Assembly: GCA_963828525.1 (NCBI GenBank)
Contig: CAWHEP010000001.1
Location: 1-64,000, forward strand
Reading direction: 5' to 3'
DNA length: 64,000 nt
From: an uncultured Verrucomicrobiae bacterium
Lineage (GTDB): Bacteria; Verrucomicrobiota; Verrucomicrobiia; Chthoniobacterales; Chthoniobacteraceae
Shown here: positions 30,771-41,988 of the stretch, piece after piece
Numbering within the stretch: the stretch's first letter is position 1
Layout: every line of letters begins with the position of its first letter
The notes under the pieces: generated by a model
Seen by the model: the letters and a program-made list of their open reading frames with translations, nothing else
Told to the model about the DNA's origin: nothing
The model's database searches: none
Translations under genes and position numbers: made by a program

Positions 30771-31754
30771 ATGTTGAAGCGTCGCTCTTTCCTTCAGGCG
30801 CTCTGCGGCGCAACGGCCGGGGTTCTATTGCATGGACGCCAGGCGATGGGGGCGGAATCCGACCGTCTGGGCAAGCTCCTGCCGCAAAGGAAGCTGGGTA
30901 GATCTGGTGTCGCGGTGACGATGCTCGGAGTGGGCGGCTGGCATATCGGGCGTATGAGCGAGGCGGAGGCGCAGAAGACCATCGAAACAGCGCTGGAAGG
31001 CGGCGTTCGCTTCTTTGACTCCTGCGAATCCTATCAGGATGGCGGCAGCGAGTCGCGGCTCGGGAAGCTCCTGACACCCAAGTATCGAGACGATATATTT
31101 TTAATGACCAAGACAGACGCCAAAGACGCGGCTGCCGCGAAACGCAGCCTCGAGGGATCGTTGAAGAGGATGAACACCGATCACCTTGATTTGTGGCAGA
31201 TTCACGGAGTGGATAGCGCAGAAGACGTGGACAAGCGGCTGAATGCGGGGGTACTCGACGCGATGCTGGAGGCAAAAGCGTCAGGAAAGGTCAAGCATCT
31301 TGGATTTACCGGACACACGGGACCTCCGGGACACCTGCATATGATCGCGCGGAAAGGGGATGAGCTGGAAACTTGTCAGATGCCGGTGAATGCAGCCGAC
31401 CCGAGCTACAATTCATTCGTCAAGAATGTCATCCCGAAGCTCGTGGAGAAAGGGATGGGTATCCTGGCGATGAAGACGCTTGCAAATGGTGGCTTTTTCG
31501 GTGGTTCCAATATGGGGGAACATGGTTCAAATCCGCATCTGGTTCCAGATCGCATCAGCATGGAGGAGGCGATGCATTTTGTGTGGTCGCTGCCCGTCGC
31601 CGTGCTGATCTCAGGCGCGGATGACGCATCCCATATCCAGGAGAAGATCAGACTCGCGAAATCTTTCACAGGATTGAGCGATGCCGAGAGGGAGAAGCTG
31701 GTCGGGAAGGTGGCGGATTTGGCGGGGCGGCGAGTGGAGTTTTACAAGGCTTGA
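30771..31754 (+). CDS. Aldo/keto reductase with a Tat signal peptide
   Basis: KRRSFL twin-arginine signal, LGVGG, FFDSCESY, TK and DLWQIH. Confidence 0.9.
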   Translation: MLKRRSFLQALCGATAGVLLHGRQAMGAESDRLGKLLPQRKLGRSGVAVTMLGVGGWHIGRMSEAEAQKTIETALEGGVRFFDSCESYQDGGSESRLGKLLTPKYRDDIFLMTKTDAKDAAAAKRSLEGSLKRMNTDHLDLWQIHGVDSAEDVDKRLNAGVLDAMLEAKASGKVKHLGFTGHTGPPGHLHMIARKGDELETCQMPVNAADPSYNSFVKNVIPKLVEKGMGILAMKTLANGGFFGGSNMGEHGSNPHLVPDRISMEEAMHFVWSLPVAVLISGADDASHIQEKIRLAKSFTGLSDAEREKLVGKVADLAGRRVEFYKA

Positions 31755-31827
31755 AGAGTCAGTGGTAATGAGGAAGCCCTGAGCTTTTGCTCTCGCAAAG
31801 CAGGGTATGATCGTTAGATAAGCCTCT

Positions 31828-32424
31828 ATGACATTGACCGTGCCCGAAGGAGATTTCGAAGCCTATATTTTTGACTGTGACGGGACATTGGCTGACACGA
31901 TGCCGTTGCACTATGAGGCGTGGGGCGAGGTTCTGCGCGGGACGGGATGCGAGTTTCCCGAGGCGCTTTTCTATGAACTGGGAGGCGTGACGACAGAGGG
32001 GGTGGTGAAGATATTAAACGACCGCCACTGCACGAGCATGGATCCCGTGGAGACATCGCATAAGAAGGAGGAGATCTACTTGCGGTTGGTTTCGCGGATT
32101 CAGCCGATCGAGCCGGTGGTGAGTTTTATGCGCCAGTTTCACGGGAAGAAGCCGATGGCGGTCGCCTCAGGCGGGAAGAGGGCGATAGTGACACACACGC
32201 TGGAGGCCCTGGGCATCGCGGGGAAATTCGACGCGATTATCTGCGCGGAGGATTACGCGCGAGGCAAACCGGCGCCTGATCCGTTCCTGGTGGCTGCGCA
32301 GCGTTTAAACGTGCCGCCTGAAAAGTGCCTTGTGTTTGAGGACACGCAGACCGGTATCGAGGCCGCGAAAGCGGCGGGAATGCAGTGGGTGCTGGTGCCG
32401 ATGGTGGCGCGGGCGGCGCATTGA
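31828..32424 (+). CDS. HAD-family phosphatase (YqaB/beta-PGM-like)
   Basis: IFDCDGTLADT, GKPAPD and LVFED. Confidence 0.92.
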   Translation: MTLTVPEGDFEAYIFDCDGTLADTMPLHYEAWGEVLRGTGCEFPEALFYELGGVTTEGVVKILNDRHCTSMDPVETSHKKEEIYLRLVSRIQPIEPVVSFMRQFHGKKPMAVASGGKRAIVTHTLEALGIAGKFDAIICAEDYARGKPAPDPFLVAAQRLNVPPEKCLVFEDTQTGIEAAKAAGMQWVLVPMVARAAH

Positions 32425-33516
32425 TCAGACGGGTAGATCGCGAGCGGCGGGCGCGGCGCGGATGTGAACATCACGCTGAGGGAAGGGCATCTCAATTCCG
32501 GCTTCGCTCAGAACGCGGGCGATGGCAAAGTTAAGATCGCTTTTGAAGCGACGCGGGCGGTAGCTCATTTCCGCGCTCCAGACGACGAGTTCGAAGTTGA
32601 AGGTGCTATCTCCGAAACCGTCGAAGAAGACTTGCGGCTCCGGGGTGGCAAGAGCGGCGGGATGGGCTTTTGCGACGGAGAGGAGAAGATCACGGACTTT
32701 CGCGACATCGCTATCCTGCGCCACGCCAACAGGTATGCGAAAGCGCACGCTCGGGTCGCCATGGCTCCAATTGACGATCTTTTTCTCAATGAAGTAAGAG
32801 TTGGGAACAATGATGGCAATGTTGTCATTCGTCATGATCGTGGTGCTCCTCATGCGAATGGAGCGAACCTGTCCGCCGACGCCATCGACCTCGACGCGGT
32901 CCCCAAGTTTGATGGGGCGCTCCGCGAGGAGGACGAGGCCGCTGATGAAGTTGCTGGTGACATTCTGGAGACCAAAGCCGAGACCCACCCCAACCGCGCC
33001 CGCGAAAACGGTGAGAGTGGAGAGGTCCATGCCCGCGTTTTGCAAGGCAACGAGGATTCCGGCGACAAGGACGACATAGCCGAAAAACTGGGAGATGGTG
33101 TATTGCAGGGCGCCATCGATGCCGCTGCGCGCGAGGAAGCGATCCTTGAGGAACGTTTTGCCACTGGACGAAAGCCAGAAAACAATGGCGATGAGCAGAA
33201 GGAGCCGCAGCAGATGGCTGATGCTAAGGGAGATACCGGGTAGAGGTTCATTCCATGGGATTGGAAGGCCAGCAGCGTTGAGGCCAGCGCTCACAAACCC
33301 GAAGAAAACCGCAAGGCTCAGGAGAGTAGTAACGAAGGCGACAAAGCCTTCCTCAAGATGCAGCCTTTTAAGAAGGCCCCGCACCCGATCCGTCTGGAAG
33401 AGGCGCGAAAGGATGAGACCGCCAGAGAAGAAGCAGAAGAAGGCGATCAATCCCGCAAGGGAGAGATGATGTCCGAAGACAGCGTAGCGTTCTTCCAGGA
33501 AAAGGTCGGTTGTCAC
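32425..33516 (-). CDS. mscS: Small-conductance mechanosensitive channel
   Basis: GAVGVGLGFGLQNVTSNFISG, RPIKLGDRV, IVPNS and PFPQRDVH. Confidence 0.9.
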   Translation of the reverse strand: MTTDLFLEERYAVFGHHLSLAGLIAFFCFFSGGLILSRLFQTDRVRGLLKRLHLEEGFVAFVTTLLSLAVFFGFVSAGLNAAGLPIPWNEPLPGISLSISHLLRLLLLIAIVFWLSSSGKTFLKDRFLARSGIDGALQYTISQFFGYVVLVAGILVALQNAGMDLSTLTVFAGAVGVGLGFGLQNVTSNFISGLVLLAERPIKLGDRVEVDGVGGQVRSIRMRSTTIMTNDNIAIIVPNSYFIEKKIVNWSHGDPSVRFRIPVGVAQDSDVAKVRDLLLSVAKAHPAALATPEPQVFFDGFGDSTFNFELVVWSAEMSYRPRRFKSDLNFAIARVLSEAGIEMPFPQRDVHIRAAPAARDLPV

Positions 33517-33642
33517 GTCCTAGAAGACGAGAATCGATGCCGAATAGGTTGTAGAAGGATGAGAACGAGAGCGCGGAGGCGGAAACCGGGTGGCATTGCG
33601 GAGATTCGGAAAGGGCTTCTTTAGCGAAGCGGAGCCGCTTGG

Positions 33643-34221
33643 TCAGGGAAGCTGTGGGACAGGCACGAAGCGAGCGGGGTCGTAGCCCTGCGCGGCGAGA
33701 CGTCGTAGAATGGCGTGGTAGGTTTCGTCTGGAAGCGTCTTCTCGCGAGCCATGATCCAGCCATAGTTGCGAGAGGGGTGGCCCACTACGGTCCATTGGT
33801 ACGCTGGGTCAAGGTCAAGAACCAGATACGGGACAGTTACCAAACCTCCAAGAAACTTCACCTTCCACTCGGCGTTGGTTTGCGGGTTGGTGACGTATGC
33901 CCGGGCGCGGAATGTTTTTTGGGGCGCTTTGAAGGAGTGGTTGCGGTAGGTGAACCAGTTTTCGATCACGCCATCGGGGCGAAGAGCGTAGCTCTCGATG
34001 CTGTCAACGGAGCCTTTTTCAGCAAAATAGGGGATGTTGGCGATCACCCGCCAGTCTCCCATGTAGCGGCCAAGATCGACATGCGACACGGGGCGCAGAG
34101 GAGGAAGCTTTGACTGGGCTTTCCGCCGGGATTCTGAACCGTATCCATAGATCGCGGCAGCCACGGTAAAGACGGCAAGGAGGGGCAATATGCTGCGGAC
34201 GGGGCGTTTCGCGGACATCAA
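33643..34221 (-). CDS. blc: Bacterial lipocalin
   Basis: VDLGRYMGDW, YLVLDLD and YGWIMAR. Confidence 0.88.
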   Translation of the reverse strand: MMSAKRPVRSILPLLAVFTVAAAIYGYGSESRRKAQSKLPPLRPVSHVDLGRYMGDWRVIANIPYFAEKGSVDSIESYALRPDGVIENWFTYRNHSFKAPQKTFRARAYVTNPQTNAEWKVKFLGGLVTVPYLVLDLDPAYQWTVVGHPSRNYGWIMAREKTLPDETYHAILRRLAAQGYDPARFVPVPQLP

Positions 34222-34242
34222 GAAATTTGCTGGAAGACGTAC

Positions 34243-35082
34243 CTATAACGAGGCGAGCGCGTCTTTGGCTGCTTTTTTCTCGAAGTTATCATCGCGCTGG
34301 CGAACAGGAAGGGCGAGGCCCTTGTTAAGGGCTTCGCGGGCTTTCACTTTGTCGCCCATGGCAGCGTACGTGCGTCCGAGTTCTACCCAGTTTCCCGTCC
34401 GGCGCGGGTTAAGAGCAATAGCTTTTCGGAAGTATTTTAAGGCCTCTTCGTTGGACGCTGACGGTATGTCTCCGTACATCCACTTTGCGAGAGTTTTCAG
34501 GAAGGGATTGAGATTGGCGAATTGGTAGTTCCAGACGCCCAAGACGTGGTAAACGAGGTCGTTATCAGGAGCAAGGGCCAGGGCCTTGTCGGCATGCTCT
34601 TTGACGAACTTGGAGTAAGCGAGCTTGGTTTTGTTGTCGAGCAGCATGGCATTTCTGCCGTAGCAGATGGCGAGGCTGAGGTGGCCAAGCGCGTAACTAG
34701 GATCTGCGGCGACAGCGCGCTTTGCGTAGGCGATGCCCTTGTCGCCACAGGCTATCTTTTCGGTTTTGGAGTCAGTGTCATCCATGGACTCTGCATATTG
34801 CTTCGCGATCGCAGCGAGGACATGAGCGTCATCCGGTTGGAGTTTTTCCGCTTCGAGGTAGGCGGCGAGGGCTTCGCGCGTTTTAAGCTGAGAGTCCATC
34901 GCGTCACCCTTCTTTACGAGGTCGTTGAAGCCTTGGGGGTCGGAGGCTCGCGCGATGGTGGCGAGAAGAACAATCCCAAAACAAAGGCACATTACCGAAA
35001 GCAGCGGAACGCCAGAGCCGCGCGACCTTGAGTCAGTGGACGCGGTCCGTGGGGAACTGCGGGAGATGAGTGGCCGGTTCAA
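34243..35082 (-). CDS. Exported TPR-repeat protein
   Basis: Hydrophobic signal followed by TPR repeats (ALKYFRKAIALNP). The true start is probably downstream of 35082. Confidence 0.8.
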   Translation of the reverse strand: MNRPLISRSSPRTASTDSRSRGSGVPLLSVMCLCFGIVLLATIARASDPQGFNDLVKKGDAMDSQLKTREALAAYLEAEKLQPDDAHVLAAIAKQYAESMDDTDSKTEKIACGDKGIAYAKRAVAADPSYALGHLSLAICYGRNAMLLDNKTKLAYSKFVKEHADKALALAPDNDLVYHVLGVWNYQFANLNPFLKTLAKWMYGDIPSASNEEALKYFRKAIALNPRRTGNWVELGRTYAAMGDKVKAREALNKGLALPVRQRDDNFEKKAAKDALASL

Positions 35083-35888
35083 AGGCGCTCCTTGAAGAAC
35101 TTGGAAACCTCTCCTATCTGGGTCGGGGTAAGAGAGAACCCGTGGCCCGCGCCGTGGACGATTTCCAAACGCGCGCTCACGCCAGCCTCCTGAAGCTTCT
35201 GGGCGAGTTCATGACTTTGAGCAATCGGAACCAGCGTGTCTTTGTCTCCATGGATGATGAGAAACGGCGGCGCCGAGGAGGTGATATGGTTGACCGGGCT
35301 GCCCTCCCTGGCCAGCGAGAGTTTTTGATTTACCGAGCCGCCCAGAAGATCGGGTAGGAACCCGGAAGGGCGATCTTTGTTTGGGAAGCCCGTAAGATCA
35401 GTGGCAGGATAGATGGCGCAAACCGCGCGTATCCGAGGCGCGCGCTCTTCGATCCCTAACAGGGCAGCAAGGTGGCCTCCCGCTGAATCACCGGCGAGGA
35501 AGATGCGATGCGGATCGAGGTTGAATCGGGAGGTATTGCTTTGGAGCCACCGCAGGGCGGAGCGGCAATCATCGATCTGCGCCGGGTATTTCGCCATAGT
35601 GCTAAGTCGATACTCGACGGACGCCACAGCGAAGCCGTCGCGGGTGAGGTTCCTAAGGAAGAGTCGATACCCTTTGTTGCCGTACTTCCAGCCTCCGCCA
35701 TGAATCCATATGACCACGGGAAGGGGGCGCTGACTTGTGGGAGTGTATATGTCGAGCCGGAGTTTTCTGCCTTGGGGCGAGGCGTAAACCTGATCACGGT
35801 AGATTGTCTCGCCGCGAGGTGGAGGCGTTAGCGGGGCGCATCCGGCAAGAAGGAGGGCGCACAGCAGAAAGGTGGATCGCTTAAACAT
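35079..35888 (-). CDS. Alpha/beta hydrolase (esterase/lipase), lipoprotein
   Basis: IHGGGW, GDSAGG, HGDKD and HGF; lipobox LAGC. Confidence 0.92.
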   Translation of the reverse strand: MFKRSTFLLCALLLAGCAPLTPPPRGETIYRDQVYASPQGRKLRLDIYTPTSQRPLPVVIWIHGGGWKYGNKGYRLFLRNLTRDGFAVASVEYRLSTMAKYPAQIDDCRSALRWLQSNTSRFNLDPHRIFLAGDSAGGHLAALLGIEERAPRIRAVCAIYPATDLTGFPNKDRPSGFLPDLLGGSVNQKLSLAREGSPVNHITSSAPPFLIIHGDKDTLVPIAQSHELAQKLQEAGVSARLEIVHGAGHGFSLTPTQIGEVSKFFKERL

Positions 35889-36047
35889 CAGAAAGCCAGG
35901 CAGTCGACAAAGGAATCGCAAGACGCCCCCGGTCGCGCTTGAATATCTGTGAACAAGAGCGGATGTGAAGAAGCCAGACTTTGACAACAACCGTGTAAGT
36001 CGCCCGTGCTGCCAATGGAGCGCGCTCAAAAAAATCGGGGGGCTGAG

Positions 36048-36536
36048 TTACTGTCTTCGTTCGGACGACTGGACCGCGAAGGTGTTAATGACCACGTCGC
36101 GGACTTTTGACGCAGAGCAGACTTCCGACGTTTGCATGTCGATGTTGGAGTCGGGGCCGATCACAATCAGCGCAAAGGGATGTTTCCTGCCCGCAACGCC
36201 GTATTGGGCCGCGACCGCGGAGCCCGCGTTCACTTGCGCGATGGGGATGTCCGAGGGAAGCCGCGCGTATGCGCCATTCAGAAAGGCGGCGAAAAAGAGG
36301 ACTTTGCGCGAAGAGAAGTCCTGATAAAGCTCCTGAAGGTTTTTAACTTGTTTGCGGAACGCGCTGTCGTCCGGGGACGGGGCAATCAGGAGGACCACCG
36401 AATGGCCCTGCAGGCTCTTCATACTGGAAATACTGCTGCCGGCGGAATCCCAGGAAAAGGCGGGGGCGTGGCTGACAACGGCCGCGTTGGCGGCGGAAGC
36501 GGCAATCAGAAGAATGGCTGAAAATCGGGAGAGCAT
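36048..36536 (-). CDS. Exported thioredoxin-like-fold hypothetical protein (DUF4174-like)
   Basis: Signal peptide, VVLLIAPSPDD and FALIVIGPD. Confidence 0.6.
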   Translation of the reverse strand: MLSRFSAILLIAASAANAAVVSHAPAFSWDSAGSSISSMKSLQGHSVVLLIAPSPDDSAFRKQVKNLQELYQDFSSRKVLFFAAFLNGAYARLPSDIPIAQVNAGSAVAAQYGVAGRKHPFALIVIGPDSNIDMQTSEVCSASKVRDVVINTFAVQSSERRQ

Positions 36537-36546
36537 TGGGGGAGAC

Positions 36547-37107
36547 CTAGACTTTCATGATATCCGCTTCTTTGTGGGCTACGGCTTCATCGATCTTTTT
36601 AACGAACGAATCGGTAAGTTTCTGAACCTCGCTTTCGAGGTCGCGAAGGGCGTCCTCCGTCATGCTTCCTGCTTTCTCCAGTTTTTTCGCTTCGTCCATG
36701 CCTTCACGTCGGTGGGCGCGAATCCGCACACGCGCTTCCTCGGCCATTTGTTTGACAGCTTTGGCGAGATCTCTGCGGCGCTCCTCGGAGAGTTCAGGGA
36801 TGGGCAAACGAATAATTTTCCCATCGACGGCGGGATTGATGCCGATCTTGGATTCTTTGAGCGCGCGCTCGATGTCCTTGGTAGTGCTGGCGTCAAAAGG
36901 CTGAATCACCAAAAGGCGCGGTTCCGGAGTAGTGATGAGCGCAAGCTGTTTGAGCTTCATGTTCGCCCCGTAGGCCTGGACATCGATGTTCTCCACCAGA
37001 GCGGGGGAAGCTTTGCCAGTACGAACGGAGGCGAACTCATGTGACATGTAGTCGGCCGCCTTTTCCATGGTGGCCTCAGTATCCAGGAGTATCTCTTCGG
37101 GGCTCAT
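36547..37107 (-). CDS. frr: Ribosome recycling factor
   Basis: VRTGKASP and IPELSEERR. Confidence 0.97.
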   Translation of the reverse strand: MSPEEILLDTEATMEKAADYMSHEFASVRTGKASPALVENIDVQAYGANMKLKQLALITTPEPRLLVIQPFDASTTKDIERALKESKIGINPAVDGKIIRLPIPELSEERRRDLAKAVKQMAEEARVRIRAHRREGMDEAKKLEKAGSMTEDALRDLESEVQKLTDSFVKKIDEAVAHKEADIMKV

Positions 37108-37164
37108 TTAGTTGTTTTCATTAAGAAGTTCCCGTCCTCTTAGACGGGAGGCAGCGGTGCCGGG

Positions 37165-37905
37165 TTACGATGCGTCCGAAGTGACGAGTGTGCCAACTTT
37201 TTCGCCGGAGACGGCGCGTTTGATGTTCTCGCGCTGCATCATATCGAAAACGATGATTGGGATGTTGTTGTCCATGCAGAGGCTGAAGGATGTGGAGTCC
37301 ATGACCTGCAAGCGCTTCGTGAGGGCTTCGGTATAACTGAGACGTTCGTATTTACGGGCCTTGGGGTTCTTTTTGGGATCGCAGTCGTAAATGCCATCGA
37401 CCTTGGTGGCTTTGAGGATCACCTGCGCCCCTATTTCGTTGGCGCGGAGAGCAGCGGTGGTGTCCGTGGAGAAGAAGGGGTTGCCGGTTCCCGCGACGAA
37501 GATGACGACGCGCCCTACTTCCAGATGCCGGACGGCCTTCCTGCGTATAAAAGGTTCGGCGACTTCCTTCATCTCAATGGCAGTCTGGACACGGGTGATT
37601 ACGCCGATCTGCTCAAGAGCGCTTTGAAGCGCCATCCCGTTGATTACGGTCGCGAGCATTCCCATATAATCCGCGGTTGTGCGCTCCATGCCTCGATGAC
37701 TGGCGGTGAGACCGCGCCAAATGTTACCGCCCCCAATGACGATGGCGATCTCAACACCCATCTCGTGGATCTCCCTGACCTGTTTTGCCAGGTCGCTGAC
37801 GATGGTAGGCGATATGACGTCCCCGCTGCCTGGTTCGCGAAGGGCTTCTCCGCTGAGCTTGAGAACAATGCGTTTGTAACGAGGCGAAGGAGATTTCTTT
37901 GGCAT
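37165..37905 (-). CDS. pyrH: UMP kinase
   Basis: [24 protein letters not shown] and [11 protein letters not shown]. Confidence 0.97.
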   Translation of the reverse strand: MPKKSPSPRYKRIVLKLSGEALREPGSGDVISPTIVSDLAKQVREIHEMGVEIAIVIGGGNIWRGLTASHRGMERTTADYMGMLATVINGMALQSALEQIGVITRVQTAIEMKEVAEPFIRRKAVRHLEVGRVVIFVAGTGNPFFSTDTTAALRANEIGAQVILKATKVDGIYDCDPKKNPKARKYERLSYTEALTKRLQVMDSTSFSLCMDNNIPIIVFDMMQRENIKRAVSGEKVGTLVTSDAS

Positions 37906-38053
37906 TTACCGCGCTATCAAAGCGCAAAGCGCGCCGTGTGAAAAGGTGGAAATTGGCGGCTGCGAGAGGGTGGCACGTGGAATGCTCGGAGACAGCGTGA
38001 CATCCGTACTGGTTACGCTGACGAATATTCTATACCCATAAGGATTCCCCCCT

Positions 38054-39193
38054 ATGAAGATTGAGCAGACAAGTTGGACGGAAGAGAAGGGTTGGTCGAA
38101 TTCCGGACCGGGACGGGCAGGAATATCTCCGCAGTTAGCCTTCCTTTTCGGCAACAAAGAGGTCTTGGGGAAAGAAAGCGTGGTGGGCCGTGTGCGGAGC
38201 GCTTATCCTGCCGCGCACTTCCTGGGCTGCTCCACAGCGGGGGAAATCTGCGGGACATCTGTGTGCGATGACGCGTTAGTGGTGACCGGGGTGGAATTCG
38301 CGGATACACAGTTGCAAGCAGTGGCAATCCATATAGGGGATCCTCGGGAGAGCTTCGAGGCTGGAGTACGGCTGGCGAGCATGTTAGGGCGAGAGGGGCT
38401 GATCCATGTATTCGTGCTTTCAGAGGGGCTGAACATAAACGGGAGTGAGCTTGTGAAAGGTATTACGGGCGCGCTGCCTCAAGGCGTTACCGTTACCGGG
38501 GGATTATCGGGAGACGGGACAAAGTTCAAAGAGACCTACGTGGTCCGCAACGACAGGCCCACGCGGGATACGATTGTCGCTATCGGATTTTATGGCAGCC
38601 GACTTAAGGTAGGATGCGGCTCATTAGGGGGTTGGGACATGTTCGGACCTGAAAGGGTGGTGACGCGCGCAAAGGCCAATGTATTGTACGAGCTGGATGG
38701 GAAATCGGCGCTGGAGCTCTACAAGACGTACTTGGGTGAGCATGCGAAGGGGCTGCCCGCCACAGGATTGCTCTTTCCTCTAAGCGTGAGGGTAAGCGCG
38801 AACGACTCAGGAGTGGTGCGGACGATCCTCGCCGTGAACGAGGAGGAGCAGAGCATGACTTTTGCGGGGGATATCGCGGAAGGCGCTTACGCGAGACTCA
38901 TGAAAGCGAATTTCGACCGTTTGATCGACGGAGCAGTGGGAGCAGCGCAGGCAAGCCACGAGGCGCTTGGGACGCGAGAGGCGGATCTCGCCATCATGAT
39001 TAGCTGCGTCGGTAGGCGGATGGTATTGCAGCAGCGGATCGAAGAGGAACTGGAGGGAGTGCGCGAGGTCGTTGGACAAAAAGCCTCCATGACGGGATTC
39101 TACTCGTATGGAGAAATTTCTCCATTCACACAAAATGCCAAGTGTGAATTACATAATCAGACGATGACAATCACAACGTTTTCTGAGGACTAA
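38054..39193 (+). CDS. FIST N/C-domain signal protein
   Basis: GCSTAGEI, GGLSGD, SCVGRR, GFYSYGE and LHNQT. Confidence 0.93.
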   Translation: MKIEQTSWTEEKGWSNSGPGRAGISPQLAFLFGNKEVLGKESVVGRVRSAYPAAHFLGCSTAGEICGTSVCDDALVVTGVEFADTQLQAVAIHIGDPRESFEAGVRLASMLGREGLIHVFVLSEGLNINGSELVKGITGALPQGVTVTGGLSGDGTKFKETYVVRNDRPTRDTIVAIGFYGSRLKVGCGSLGGWDMFGPERVVTRAKANVLYELDGKSALELYKTYLGEHAKGLPATGLLFPLSVRVSANDSGVVRTILAVNEEEQSMTFAGDIAEGAYARLMKANFDRLIDGAVGAAQASHEALGTREADLAIMISCVGRRMVLQQRIEEELEGVREVVGQKASMTGFYSYGEISPFTQNAKCELHNQTMTITTFSED

Positions 39194-39230
39194 ATGGACC
39201 GGGGCGGGATCTCATTCATGAAGAGCGCTG

Positions 39231-41070
39231 ATGACTAACCTGCTAACCCGGCAGATCCGAAAACACTTCGGGGACGCTTCGTCCATCCCGCCCGGATGGC
39301 AACAGTTTGTTGAAGCGGTGGATCGAGCGTACGCCCAAGCGGACGCGGATCGCGGGATGCTGGAAAGATCACTCGAGTTGAGTTCGGCGGAGCTGGTGGA
39401 GGCGAACGCGCAAATGCGCGCGTTTTTCCAACGGGCGCAGGCGGAGTTGGAAAGCCAGGTCGAGGCGCGGACGAGCGAACTGAGAGTGGCGAACGAGTCG
39501 CTGCTCAGAGAAGTAGCGGAGCGGCAGCGGGCGGAGGAAGCATTGGGGATTACGGAAGCCAAGTTTCGAACGCTGGTGGAGCAGATGCCAGCGGTGACCT
39601 ATCTGGCTGAGCTCGGGAAGCAGAGAATCTGGAAATACGTAAGCCCGCAGATCATCCCTCTACTGGGATATTCTCCGGACGAATGGACTGGCAACGCGAC
39701 GCTCGCGCTTGAAAGGATCCATGAAGAAGATCGTGATAAGCTGCTGGAAGAGGAAGCGCGATGCCGCGAGGAGCAGGCTCCGTTTGTTTGCGAATATCGC
39801 CTGATCTCGAGGGAGGGGCGCGTGGTCTGGTGCAGAGATCAGGCGATCGTTTTAAAGGACGGGAAGGAAGGCCATGTTTTGCTCCAAGGGGTGATGCTGG
39901 ACATCACAGAGCGGAAGGCGCTGGAAGATCAGTTGCGGCAATCGCTTAAACTTGAAGCAATCGGCCGTCTCGCGGGGGGCATCGCGCACGACTTCAATAA
40001 TATCCTGACAGCGATAATCGGCTACTCGTCGCTTGTGGCTGAGGAAGTGGGAGATAACGCCGAAGTCGCCGAGAACGTGAACGGGATACTCACCTCAACC
40101 GAGCGGGCAGCGTCGCTGACACGACAACTTCTTGCGTATAGCAGACGGCAGACATTGCTGCCTAAGGCATTCGATCTGAATGCGTTGATCATCAACATTA
40201 AGAGTATGCTGGGCAGGCTGATAGGCGAGAATATAGAACTTCAGACCGACACCGAAGGTGAGCTTTCCTGGGTTATGGCGGACCCCGGGCAGATCGAGCA
40301 AGTTCTTACGAACCTGGTGGTAAACGCGCGGGACGCAATGCCAGAAGGAGGAGTGATAAGCGTCTCGACAAGTCTTGCGAACATAGTGGCGCCCGGGCTC
40401 CAAGGGCCACCGGGTGAGTACGTTAAGATCGTGGTGCGCGACACTGGGGCAGGTATTTCCAAAGACGCGCTAACTCACTTGTTCGAACCTTTTTTCACCA
40501 CAAAAAGCCAGGGTAAAGGCACGGGTCTGGGTCTCGCGATGTGCTATGGGATCATCAAGCAGAGCGGCGGGCTTATTACGGTGGAGAGTGAAGCGGGACG
40601 CGGAGCCTCATTTACCATCCTCCTGCCCAGGGTGCAGCGGCGGGCAAATCTCGTCGCGCCTCTGAAGGCAAAGACCCCTGAGCTGCCGAGGGGTAGCGGA
40701 ACAGGTCCTCCTGGCGGAGGACGAAGCACCGGTAAGGGCGCTGACCGCGAGGCTATTGCGCAGCCTGGGATACGAGGTTTATACCGCGTGCGACGGGGCC
40801 GAGGCCTTGAGTGTCTTTGATGGTATCCCGGAGCACAAAATAGACCTGCTGCTCACCGACGTGATAATGCCGCAGATGGGGGGAAAAGAACTGGCGCAGG
40901 CGCTGCGAAGCCGGCAGCGAGATCTGAACGTGCTGTTTATCTCCGGCTATACCCGGGATGTCTTGGGAGAGTCAGACCTGACAGCAGCTAGCAACAGCTT
41001 TCTCCAGAAACCGTTTACGCCCGGAATTTTAGCGAATAAGGTGCGGGAATGCCTGCTCAAGGTTGGTTGA
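39231..41070 (+). CDS. PAS-domain hybrid histidine kinase with C-terminal receiver (frameshift near 40700)
   Basis: AGGIAHDFNNIL, NLVVNARDAM, EPFFTTK and GTGLGL. After the shift: VLLAEDE...LLLTDVIMP...FLQKPF. Confidence 0.92.
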
Positions 41071-41974
41071 CGGCATCCATCACCGGGCGTTTCCGCCATG
41101 TCTCCATAGGGTGCTGAGAACGGCATTCCGGGCAAAGAGTAGAAGGAAATTGGGTGGAGCAGTGCGGGCAAATCGCTCCAGATGCAAACGTGTCGAATCG
41201 CTGGCGACAGGAATTGCAGACCCACCAGTCACCTTGAAGCGGGGAGATGCCGCAGGAGGGACAGGCGAAATCCGTGTGACGGGCAGCATCCTGGAACTTG
41301 GAGAGAGAAGTGGCCTCCCTCCAGCCAGCCCAACTTCTAGAGACCATGAATAGGGCTATGACGCCAAGCCAGGCGCTCCCGGTATAAAAGAAGGCGAAAG
41401 CCCCCAAAGCGACAGCGGCAACCACACCGATGGCAGCGGCAATCTTGAGGCTGCGCGCCCTGCCAAAAGGGAACCAAAGGAGCGCGCGGAGAATCTGGCC
41501 CCCGTCGAGAGGATAAGCTGGCATGAGGTTGAAAACCAGGAGGCCAAGATTGATCCGGTAGATGGTGTGAAGCAGGTGGTAAGCGTCAGGCGAGGAATAT
41601 TTCAAACCATTGGAGCCCGCGAGAAAGTCGATAAGCAAAAGAAGGGGCACCAGCGCGACATTCACCAGCGGCCCCGCGGCAATGCTCCAAAGGAGGGCGC
41701 CGGGGCGCGGGGGAGGGCTCACATAAGCGACCCCGCCCAAGGGCCAAAGCAGAATCCGATTTGCGGTGCCACCCACAGATCGACACGCGAGGGAGTGGCC
41801 GAACTCATGCATCAGAACGAGAAGAAAAAGGGCGAGATACTCCGCAATGTTCCAGACTAGTGAATGATAGTTTCTGGCGCGCTGGGAAATCTCGATAAAC
41901 GCCACGAACACCCATGCGAAGTGGAGATACACGTCTATGCCGAACAGCCGAAAAAGGCGGAATTGAGAACGCAT
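41057..41974 (-). CDS. Site-2 (M50) metalloprotease with C-terminal Cys-rich zinc-ribbon
   Basis: HEFGH, AAGP and NLMPAYPLDGG, plus four CxxC pairs at the C-terminus. Confidence 0.9.
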   Translation of the reverse strand: MRSQFRLFRLFGIDVYLHFAWVFVAFIEISQRARNYHSLVWNIAEYLALFLLVLMHEFGHSLACRSVGGTANRILLWPLGGVAYVSPPPRPGALLWSIAAGPLVNVALVPLLLLIDFLAGSNGLKYSSPDAYHLLHTIYRINLGLLVFNLMPAYPLDGGQILRALLWFPFGRARSLKIAAAIGVVAAVALGAFAFFYTGSAWLGVIALFMVSRSWAGWREATSLSKFQDAARHTDFACPSCGISPLQGDWWVCNSCRQRFDTFASGAICPHCSTQFPSTLCPECRSQHPMETWRKRPVMDAVNQP

Positions 41975-41988
41975 CGAGCGGCTTTCGG

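Noticed and set aside
36547..38053. pyrH-frr not preceded by rpsB-tsf
   Set aside because: A simple gene-order difference with no sign of mobile DNA at the junction.
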